From Octopus sinensis (taxonomy: Eukaryota), in assembly GCF_006345805.1 (NCBI RefSeq), contig NC_043010.1:1-64000 (forward strand): a stretch of 64,000 bases of DNA, in the 5' to 3' direction. Below the pieces are notes generated by a model. The model searched no databases. It saw nothing but the letters and a program-made list of their open reading frames with translations, and was not told the origin of the DNA. Made by a program: the position numbers and the translations under genes. Every line of letters starts with the position of its first letter. The stretch's first letter is position 1. Shown in pieces: positions 52,636-64,000 of the stretch.

Positions 52636-53224
52636 TATATGGCTTTGAAGAACATTCAGAGAAAACGGGAAACTGTCAGTGTTGATCGACTTACGCAGGC
52701 TTGCGATGAGTCTGTTCCCGAACCACAACTCCCTTTCTTCTTCTGCCAAGCAATCCACATATAAATATAACGCATTATCCAAAAAGAGTGAATTTCATAC
52801 TGACAGGGAAACCAAAGCTGGAACAAGAGTACATTAGACCGACCAAGTACTCTGGCACATATCTTTATTAACACACAAAGAAACACTGAAAAAAACTGTT
52901 TTCTTTTTTTACTTCACAAGAAAAAAGAATTGCGGAACTTTGTATTTTCGATGAACTTTTCATTCTTGCGTGGACATTTTCCAACAATTTCTTCAAATAG
53001 ATTGGTAGAGAGCTAGACAGGGTGATGCGTTGTATTCTTCAGCTAAAAACTTCATCTGAACGTAACTCTGCTATCATTTCGACACCTGACGCACGATACA
53101 CCATGCACCGGTTCAGGCAACGGTGATTTAAAGGAGGACGTAAGCTAATATACAACACATATATTTGATCGCTATAGACAAAACCTTTGCAGGTCGTCCA
53201 TGGGAAAGTCTATTCTTCTTCTTC

Positions 53225-53256
<32 letters not shown>

Positions 53257-53290
53257 CTTCTTCTTCTTCTTTCTTCTTCTTCTTCTTCTT

Positions 53291-53321
<31 letters not shown>

Positions 53322-53347
53322 TTCTTATTATTATTATTATATTATTA

Positions 53348-53384
<37 letters not shown>

Positions 53385-53938
53385 GAGTGAGAGAGTAGTG
53401 CATGGCATCAAAGTGACACTGGGATAAAATATACGAAACCCAGTATACCCATCATGACCACCCGTCAGATAAGGGTACACCAGGCACATGCATCACAACC
53501 ATATGTGCGCGACATGGTGATCTCATATGAAGATAAACAGCACATGACCTTGCAGGTGGGGCCCAGTTAGAATTTTCTTCTGGTCGTGTAGCCCATCCCG
53601 CTCAAAAGGTCCTTGAATAAGGATTGTTTAAGGATGTTGAACGAACCACCCATATTTCCAAACGTAAATTATCCAAACCTCTAAGAATTCCTTTTAACAC
53701 ACGGCTATGATGCTCCCCCACTACTTCCGCTCGTGATCAGAGTTGCACATTTTGTCAGTCACTAAGGGGCATGGTCAACTGGTTAAGGTCAAACAACTGA
53801 CAAGCAAATCTGTGGTATTGAGCAGAATATTTGCTGTAGCCCATCTTTTATACCAACACAAAACAATGTACATGATAACACTTCTAATCAGTTAAGATCA
53901 GGAGTCATGAGGGCCACTGCCTGGTACTGCATCAGGGC
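53385..53938 (-). mobile_element. 554-bp non-coding element flanked on both sides by (TTA)n, copy 2
   Basis: Homologous to 3947-4425. No credible ORF. Confidence 0.75.
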
Positions 53939-54098
53939 ATTATTATTATTATTATTATTATTACTATTATTATTATTATTGTTGTTGTTATTAATATTAT
54001 CATTATTATTATTATATTATTATTATTATTATTATATTATTATTATTATTTTATTATTATTATTATTATCATTATTATTATTATCATTATTATCATCA

Positions 54099-54139
<41 letters not shown>

Positions 54140-54196
54140 ATTATCATTATTATTATTATTAGTAGTAGTAGTAGTAGTAGTAGCAGGAGCAGCAGC

Positions 54197-54247
<51 letters not shown>

Positions 54248-54648
54248 GGTGGTGGTAAGGCGGTGAGCTGGTAGAATCGTTAACACGCTGGACGACATAT
54301 TTAGCGGCATTTCGCCCGTCACAATATTCCTGAGTTCAAACTCCACCGAGGTCGACATAGCCTTTCCTCCTTTCGGGGTCAATAAAATAAGTAGTAGTTG
54401 AACACTGGGTTCGATGTAATCGACTCCATCCTCAACTCCACCCCCAAGCTGCCCTTGTTTTTCTTTCAACTGTGTATGCTATGAATATGTCCCCTCTTTT
54501 CCAGTGTATACTTTGCATACTTTATTTTCTTTATTTTTTAATTTCATAATTTATGTATACCCCAAACTTTATGTCGCCTCTCTGTATTGTACCCCTCATC
54601 TTTCGCCCTTCTGGCAAATAATTGAAATCATCATCATCATCATCATCA

Positions 54649-54700
<52 letters not shown>

Positions 54701-54705
54701 CATTA

Positions 54706-55835
54706 GCGGTTTCTTTCAATTCCGTTTCCAGTTCTTGCTGAGTGTCTTCCTGACACCTAGGGCAGAGAAACGTACTGTATACATTGTTATGCCATTAAAA
54801 TAAACACACCTGGTTGTTCATTGTAAACAAATAAAACAAAGGGTGGGGAAAGAAAATTCACAGCGTCACCAGTTAAGACAATCTTTTGCCCTTCCTGCAT
54901 GGATGGTAAGCTAGGGATCGTTCTTTCAGTTCCTTTTTTGATCATTCCAACTGCTCCTACAATCAGTGGTATTGTAACCGTCATAAGATGCCACATCTTT
55001 TCGATATCGATTAGCAAATCTTTATATTTTCTGAGCTTATCAAATTCTTTTGCCGAGCTATCATGGTCACAGGGTGTGCTCATGTCAATCAATAAACAGA
55101 CTTTATTGTTTTGGTCTTTCACAACAATATCTGATTTATTTGCTTTGATGATCCGGTCTGTACATACTGGGAGGTACCAAAGAATATCTACATTTTCTAC
55201 CTCAGCTACAGCCTCAGGGTGGTACTTGTACCATTTGTCAGCAGTTTTGATTTTATAATACCGACAAATTATCCAATGTAGACATTGGCCAACTCTGTCA
55301 TGTCTTGATTTGTACCCTACAGGTTCTAAAACCTTACGGCCAGAGATTAGGTGGTCCACTGCTTCTAAATACTTTGATCTCCTTCATAATAGAATGTAGC
55401 TTCTTACGTCTTTCATTTATGGTTTTCAACGACCTTTAGCATCTATTCTTTAGATGTTTCAAGATACTTTGCCAGTCCAATTGTGGCGGTTTTGCAGGAG
55501 ATTTCAAACTGAATCGAGCCTCATCGTTCTTGAGCGCTGGGTAGGTAAAGACGATCTGCGTCTGTCTTTCGGTGGCGCATCGAATTGCAAATAAACTTAC
55601 AGATTATCCTGTCAATCTTCCTGATTTCGCTCTGATTCCAGTTCAACTCATTGAATTTGTAGATAATAACTGGAACTGCTAAGGTATTAACACTTTGGTA
55701 CGTGCATTTAACTCAGATTATAGGACATCTCCAACTTTCCTGTAACACTCCTTCCTAATTTTCTTTTTCATACATGTATGCTTGAATGCCACAACCCTCA
55801 TTTATTCCGACGCATTTGTAAGTTTGCTCCTGCTC
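54706..55835 (-). mobile_element. R4/Dong-type LINE copy A (late RT, restriction-like endonuclease, 3' UTR)
   Basis: RHDRVGQCLHW, KANKSDIVVKD, LIDMSTP, KEFDKLRKYKDL. (AAT)n on both sides in element orientation. Confidence 0.85.
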
Positions 55836-55842
55836 ATTATTA

Positions 55843-55909
<67 letters not shown>

Positions 55910-55925
55910 TATTATTATTATTATT

Positions 55926-57075
<1,150 letters not shown>

Positions 57076-57547
57076 CGACAGCGACAACAGGTTAATGATT
57101 TCTAAGAGAGATACATGGTCTTCAATAGATATTGTTCTGGTGGTATATTGTTAATTATATCAATGTCAGTACTTCGTTGGTATTTTAGGTTTACGAACCC
57201 AGAACGGATGGAACCCAAAATAGACTCTTGCTGAAGATTTAAAACAAAAGAAGGTATTTCGCTTGGTGCTTTTCCCGACCCAACACTGTCCGCTCTCGCA
57301 GAATTAGATAAACAAGTAAGACCGACAGCTCTGAGAAAAAAAATATTCATAATGATAATAAAAGCACAAGGCCTGACATTTGGGAAGAGGGATGAATCGA
57401 TTACATCTACCCCAGTGTATCACTGGTACTTAAAGTATCGAACTCGGAAACTCAGACGGATGAACAACAAAGAATTTGAACATAGAACGTAAAGACGGAC
57501 GAAATACCGCTCAGCATTTTGACCGGCGTGCTCATGTTTCTTCCGCC

Positions 57548-58925
57548 TTTGTCATGTCTGTGAATATATTCCTTCTTAGCCAGGACTGGGCAGCTAGAGA
57601 TAATATGATTTATTGTTTCTTGTCCATCTCCACATATTCTGCAGTTACTTGTTATATTTCTTTTCATTATATCTTTTTGGTAATTTCTGGTGGGGAGGCT
57701 TTGGTCTTGTACTGCAATTAAAAATCCCTCTGTCTCTGCTTTGAGTCCTGAGCTTCTCAACCATTGCTGGGATTTTTCTTTGTCTATTTCTTTTGCGTAT
57801 AGTTTAGTCCAGTATTTACCATGAAGGGGCTTTTCTTGCCATCGTTTTATCATGGTTCGTTGCTGTTCTATTTTTAGTTTGGATTTCATTTGTTTTATAG
57901 CTTTTGTTGTTTCTTCTTCTTCTTCTTCTTCTTCTTCTTCTTCTTCTTCTTCTTCTTCTTCTTCTTCTTCTTCTCTTCTTCTTCTTCTTCTTCTTCTTCT
58001 TCTTCTTCTTCTTCTTCTTCTTCTTCATATTTATTAGGCGGTATGATTTCTTGTTTGTATTTGTCAGCTTCCTTAAATACTGAGAACAGTTTTTTGTTTT
58101 GCTCGTGTTTTGCCGCTATTTGTATCAGTTTTCCTTCCTTCTGAAGTAGGCATTTTTGCAGTCCTATGGTGGTTATTTTATAGTAGTTTTCCAGCTGTAT
58201 AAGGCCTCTACCACCTTCTATACGTTGTATATATAGTCTTTCTATGTCAGATTTTGGGTGATGCATCCTAGATCCTGTCAGTATTTTTCTTGTTTTCCTA
58301 TCTATTTTGGTCAGTTCATTTAGTGTCCAGTTAAGGATATTGTAGCTGTAACTTTTAACTGGGATAGCTAAAGTGTTAATACCTATTATCTTGTTTTTAG
58401 CATTGATCTCTGTTTTTAGTATTGATCTAACTCGTCTATAATATTCTTTTCTTATTTTCTCTTTCATTTGTATGTGTTGTCTCTTATCTAGTTCATGGAT
58501 TCCTAAGTATTTGTAAGTTTGGCTTTGGTCTAATTCTTTTATTTCATTGGTTTTATCTAGTGTGATGTTGTTACTCTTAACTAGTTTTCCTCTTTTCATG
58601 GTTACTTTGGCGCATTTTTCTAATCCAAATTTCATATCTATTTCTTTGGTAAATCCATGAACTGTCTTTAATAGTGTTTCCAGCTGTTTGTCATTTGCAG
58701 CGTATAGTTTTAGGTCATCCATATATAAAAGGTGGCTGATCGTTTTGCCGTAACATTTATATCCGCATCCAGTTCTATTTAGCATATCAGATAGAGGTGA
58801 CAGTGCCAAGCAGAAAAGGAGTGGAGAGAGCGTGTCTCCCTGGAATATTCCTCTTCTAATGGGGATGTCTTTGGTTTTCATGAGTCCCTCTTTTGTTTGG
58901 AGGTGTAGGACTGTTTGCCATTTAT
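57548..58925 (-). mobile_element. R4/Dong-type LINE copy C (RT to CCHC) with internal (GAA)n expansion
   Basis: GIFQGDTLSPLLF, HLLYMDDLKLYA, YKYLG, GGRGL, CRICG..HIISSC. (TTC)n at 57910-58026 on the plus strand. Confidence 0.9.
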
Positions 58926-58933
58926 TCATTTAT

Positions 58934-58977
<44 letters not shown>

Positions 58978-58981
58978 GTAG

Positions 58982-59123
58982 GCAGTGGCTGCCCTCTTAC
59001 ATTACTTCCTTCTGACATCTGTCATGTGGATGACTGTTGAAGCTTTCCATGTCTATCTAAGTGTGGTCATTGTATTCAAAACATGTCAGACGTCTTTTAT
59101 GAAGAGTTCCATTTTTGCCTGGG
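58982..59123 (+). CDS. Adhesion/secretin-class GPCR exon, TM3 to start of TM4
   Basis: TGTAG acceptor, GTATGT donor. Encodes AVAALLHYFLLTSVMWMTVEAFHVYLSVVIVFKTCQTSFMKSSIFAW+G, matching the family-B LHYFxLxxxxWMxxE motif. Confidence 0.9.
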
Positions 59124-59235
59124 GTATGTATAAAGACTTTCTGGTTTTCTGTCTCAAACTTTATATCTTACACACATGTTCTTTCTCTCTCCTTCTATCT
59201 TGCTCTCTTTCTCATTCTCTCTCTCTCTCTCTCTG

Positions 59236-59324
<89 letters not shown>

Positions 59325-61026
59325 TATTTAAATATTGTATTTGAAATTACTCGATCGGATAAGGTCCAGTCCAATGATTCGAAACCAGTATATTTCTCGG
59401 ACTTATTCATTTCATTGGCCAAAAGTGTCGAAAGGAAAAGCTAACCGAGACTGGAATTCAAGTCTGGATATTAAACACTATTAACCATGTTCCTTTAAGT
59501 AGATATCATCCAAAGGGGTTCCCTCTATTTCTTCGTATTATTTTGATATAACTTTACAGGGAGCATTCACAATCACATCTAGGATATTGCTCTCTGTACT
59601 GAATCCTCTACAGTATTGTCAATCTTACAATATTTAGAAGCACTTTTGAAGCTAGAAATGATAATCCCGTTGCTTTAAATAGCATCGGTTTAGATTACAG
59701 GTCTGTCTCACAGTAAAACTCAGGAGCGATGAACTTTGAGTGAAAACATCCCTACCCTACTGTGGTAGTTCGAAGCTACTTCACAATTGATTTAGTAGAT
59801 CTATAATTGACAATGTTCTGTCAATGATTATCTTGTCAATACATCAAACATTATATTATTCAACTTATTCTTCCATTTAGCAAGACTAAAGAATGGGATC
59901 TAAAAAAGTTTAGCTACTATTTCTAACACGTCGAAGAAAGGATAGAAACTTAGTCTTTTTCTGATAGTTTGAATTTTGTAGTATCATTGTGTAAATGTCC
60001 AGGTTATGGTGGATGACTATATATCGTGCGTTGAAAGTAGAGTGAGATTCTAAGCTACAATCCACATGAACCCATGGAAACATGGACTGGGAGTTCTGGT
60101 GGACTCATATCGAATGCTAAACATTCTCAGCTAATATTTTCCTTCCGATGAAGTAAAAAGATTACGCAGTAGATTCGAAGTTGCCAAATATCTGCCTCAC
60201 TCGGTCTCTTTGCTTGTATAATTTGTTGAGAGTTATATTATATCGCTCATCTTGACTTGACGAAGAATTTAGATAAGCCTGAAGGCTGTGGGCCTAATAT
60301 TATATTTAGACGAAACTACTTGTGGAAAAAAGATTAATTTTTTTATTGATCAACGTGGTAGTTAAGTCACGAATAAAGACAAATGAATGATTTGATTCTT
60401 ATTAGAAAGGTAATGGGTTAGATATTCATGATTTGAGACTGAATAGATTGAGACTGAATAGATTGGAAGTAGTTGATACGAGATGTAAACACGTGGATAC
60501 AACGTGGATGAATGAAATGTAATATTTATACAACCGTGATAAAATGTAAACTATGGACAACTAAAGCACTCCTCCCTGTTCTAGCCTGTTGGGTAGTCTA
60601 AAGTTATTTGAATTTCAATGCAAGAATGCCTACCGTCTGATCTCGTCTCTATACGAAACCTCAGAGTCATCTATTTTGCACTTTAACCGGTCATACGAAG
60701 CAATATGTGAAGAAGTAGGTGACAGTGGATTTTTGTTGTCCCTCATGCCATTTAATCTTCAACCCTTGTCCAGAACATTTAAGATTTTATCACTTTTTGT
60801 TTCCCATTGAAACATATTTTTGAAAGAATCCAAGAATCAAAAGAATTAAATGGCAAGAAGTGACGAGTGTGTGATACGAAATGAAATATTGATTTGTCTT
60901 GAACTCGACATTTTTTTTGAACGAAAACATCGTCAACAAAATCCATTCAAATGTCATATAATAATGATTGTAAATATTAATTAATATCTAGAGATTTATA
61001 TTCATTTCTGTAAAAATCGTTATCAG

Positions 61027-61099
61027 GTCTTCCAGCAGTCATCGTTATAATTACCCTGGCAATTAACTCCACAGACAATTACATCAAAACCGCAGAGGT
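61027..61099 (+). CDS. Adhesion GPCR exon, TM4-ECL2
   Basis: TATCAG acceptor, GTAAGT donor. 73 nt, phase 1 to phase 2, encoding (G)LPAVIVIITLAINSTDNYIKTAE(V). Bridges the two flanking exons exactly in frame. Confidence 0.9.
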
Positions 61100-62389
61100 G
61101 TAAGTATTCCTCTTTTTCGTTCACCTCATTTTCTCTGCTCTTCACAACTAATAGTATTGCTAGATTTATTTACTCTGTAGCAAGTAGCCATTTTAGCTAT
61201 TTTGAAATACGGCGCGAATGCTATATTTATATAAAAAAACTAATTAAGAAAATGTTTCTCTTCACGTTTTTTTCAACTGAGTATAAATAAATATGCATTT
61301 CTGTAATCATTAAATTATATTTTCTTATAGCGGTTAAATGAACACGAAGAAAATATTATACATACATGTCGTTAATATTCATAGCGTTTCATAACTATAT
61401 TTCTCTATGGCGTTATATACTGTAGTTCGGATTTGTGTATAATGATAACACTTAGGTTATAAGTGACGTTCAGTCATTATATTCACCCTTACTCAAAAAA
61501 GCCAAATAAAATAATTTATTTCCCAATAGAAAACAATAAATAGCATTACATTACTGTAACAAAACTAAATAGAGAATATACTATAATAATATAAGCTAAG
61601 ACAAAGCTGAAGGTAGCTTAATAACCGCTATAACTCCTTTAGTATTGTAGAATAGTAGGTCAACTAGCATCAAGCCAGGACTTTGGTTGCTGGTAGTAAA
61701 CCTACTTCAATATCATTGTTAATGCTTTTGTTCTGAGACTCATGAATATCAATGATCTCATTTGCGTTTCCCCTCAATTTAATAAGAACAAATATTTACC
61801 GATGAAAGCAACAAACAAAAATACGAACAAAACATCGAATATTCTTCACCTTTAGAATACAGGACAAATTGCATTAATAACTAATTATTATTTTTCTATT
61901 TATGCTAACATTAGATTTGTTCTTGAAACAAGCAGTATTCCCTCCAACAGTTGCTTCGTTAAAGAAACCACGAACCCTTCCTTTTATCATGGCTAATGTG
62001 AAGGACAGAGTCAAAGGCGAGAAGTTGAATATTTATCAACACTGACCTACATGAGGTAGAAGTTTTTCAAAGACGCGACAGGCAAGGAAAGTGTCCACTG
62101 CCATCACAATAGATATTTGCCGTATTCCCACTGTCCGGATGCATACCACTGGCTCTGCTTGAGTCTAACCATTCAAGAATTATGAAGAAACATTAACGCG
62201 ACTCAACGAAAGTTAAATGAATAAATTGACTACAATATGACGAGGAAAACAGTAATCATTGATTTTATAGGACAAATTGTGAAGAGCTTCCGCCAGCCTA
62301 AGGACTAACGCATTGATATGGAATTAGTTGGCGCACTAGTGCCATTACCTGCCAGGCGAATCTAATATGACGGTCTTCATTGCTAAATA

Positions 62390-63215
62390 CGTTCCTCAAA
62401 TGTACTTCTTAATCCTTTTTGCCCCATCTGGAGCATAGGGCCTCAACAGTTGTTTTCCACTTTTTGCGGTCATTGGCGTTTCTTGGCTGCTTCCCATGTC
62501 AGGCCGGTGGTCCTGAGCTCGTCCAAAATGCTCCGCTTCCATGTCAGCTTCGGGCATCCTCGCTTCATGTTTCCCCTGCGGGTTCCAGTCAAGTGCTTGT
62601 CGTGTCACATTTGAGAGTTCTTTCCGCAGTGTGTGTCCGATCCATATCCATTTCCTTTGTCTAATCTGAACATGTATGGGCTCCTGGTTGGCCCATTCCC
62701 ACAGGTTGATGTTTGACACTCAGATGAAGGATCTGCCGGAGACATTTGTGGATGAAGGTCTGGATCTTCTTGTAGTTGCCGCAGGTGGCTCTCCCTGTTT
62801 CAGAGCCATACAAAAGCACGTATTTTACGTTTTAACTAAATAAGCAGAGTTTAGTTCGAGTTGAGATGGTAGTGGACTTCCATACCGGCCGAAGAATAGC
62901 GAAGGCTTGCCAAGCCTTCTTGCCGTGATGTCCTCGTCTGATCCACCTGATTTGCTGATCTTGCTGCCAAGATAGACAAACTCACTAACATCCTCCACAG
63001 GTTCCCCCTCGATTGTGATTGGTTCTTCCTGCTTGTTGTTGATACGCTGCACTTTTGTCTTTTCCCGGCTGATCCTCAAGCCCACTCACCGTGAAGTTTC
63101 TGTCAGGTGGTCTACCTTATCTTGCATGTCTTGCAGGCGATGTGACAGTAGTGCGAGATCATCTACGTAGTCCAAGTCCTCCTACTTGTTCATCAGTGTC
63201 CACTGAATACCTTTC
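62390..63215 (-). mobile_element. RTE-clade LINE 3' fragment in GPCR intron
   Basis: GIQWTL..DLDYVDDLALLSH, FVYLGS, VLLYGSET, WIWIGHTLRK, ALDWNPQG. Confidence 0.85.
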
Positions 63216-63239
63216 ATTGCCTTTCTATTTTCTTTGTAG

Positions 63240-63628
63240 CTGTTGGTTATCCGCACCACATTTCTATGCTGCTTTCCTGGTTCCTGTTGCGATCAGTCTC
63301 ATCTTCAACATTATCATGCCTTCTCTCGTTATCTGGCACCTTATAATGATGCAAAGTAATAAGAGATCTCAGCAGAAAAGAAGTAAAGTACGTGTTTTGG
63401 GCCTGGTTGGTTTGCTGTTTTTGTTTGGACTCACATGGGTCTTTGCCTTCTTCGCTGTTAGCGAAGCAGCAAAAGTGTTTGTGTATCTTTTTACTATATT
63501 CAATACACTTCAAGGAATGTTTATCTTCATATTCTATTGTATATACAAGAAAGATACCAGAGATGTCTTCAGGGGGTTTGTAAATGAAAGTAAGAGAATG
63601 AATCAGTGGAAAATTACCGACGGCAGAA
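63240..63628 (+). CDS. Adhesion GPCR exon, ECL2-TM5-TM6-TM7 and start of C-tail
   Basis: TTTCTTTGTAG acceptor, GTAAGT donor. Encodes CWLSAPHFYAAFLVPVAISLIFN...LFLFGLTWVFAFF...YLFTIFNTLQGMFIFIFYC, with the family-B CWL, LFGLTW and FNxLQG motifs. Confidence 0.92.
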
Positions 63629-63703
63629 GTAAGTGCGATTGTCTTTTTTTCTTCATTCATTCATAATAGGTAGATAGAGACAGAGATAGATAGACAGACA
63701 AAC

Positions 63704-63784
<81 letters not shown>

Positions 63785-63804
63785 TATAACTTTCTTTCTT
63801 TCTT

Positions 63805-63960
63805 TCTTTTATTAGCCACACAGGGCTGAATACAGAGGGGACAAATACAAATGCAGAGCTTTTCTTTTCGAGGGTGGAAAAAAAAGAAAATAAATGTAAG
63901 ATTGCGACCAAAAGGGATCGAGAGGAGGAAAAAAAAGAAAAGAAATCGTGTATCACAGAA
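63805..63960 (-). mobile_element. 3' terminus of a Tx1-family copy
   Basis: TTTATTAGCCACACAGGGCTG..AGAGCTTTTCTTTT matches 48053-48110. Lies next to (GATA)n. Confidence 0.75.
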
Positions 63961-64000
63961 ATAATGATAAAAACATTGATAAAACAAGATTGGGTTCATC

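Noticed and set aside
52690-52890. Minus-strand segment with a GTAAGT donor encoding EERELWFGNRLIASL
   Set aside because: Ambiguous acceptor, no partner exons and no identifiable domain.
57102-57350. Exon-like segment: plus-strand AG/GT pair at 57189-57315 and an 82-aa minus-strand ORF
   Set aside because: All three plus frames contain stops, and the minus ORF has no recognisable motif.
59400-60900. Unique intronic sequence with scattered LRR-like words (e.g. LDLTKNL)
   Set aside because: Stops in every frame and no periodic LRR pattern. Left unexplained.

Overview
AT-rich, microsatellite-dense animal DNA. The repeat families and gene types suggest an octopus or other coleoid cephalopod (inference only). 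Two partial host genes are supported. (1) A minus-strand C2H2 zinc-finger gene: a finger exon at 1-178 that runs off the window, a candidate ATG exon at 13717-13792 in compatible phase, and a probable CpG-rich promoter near 22.8-24.2 kb. (2) A plus-strand adhesion/secretin-class GPCR: three in-frame exons encoding TM3-TM7 (58982-59123, 61027-61099, 63240-63628), with the TM1-2/GPS exons not located. The rest is mostly mobile DNA: RTE, CR1-group, Tx1 and R4/Dong LINEs, Penelope remnants, Helitrons, piggyBac, mariner, a Gypsy integrase relic, MITEs and SINEs. Most notable: a 730-bp foldback carrying two opposed minimal hammerhead ribozyme motifs with a U3-A8 core variant; a second hammerhead with a long stem II; an 84-bp inverted templated insertion with repeated priming scars; Tx1 copies abutting (GATA)n; R4/Dong copies abutting (TAA)n; and an interstitial (TTAGGG)n joined to a 15-bp minisatellite. 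Most short ORFs in the track are microsatellite artefacts. Everything was read by eye with no database search, and TE boundaries are approximate unless termini are quoted.
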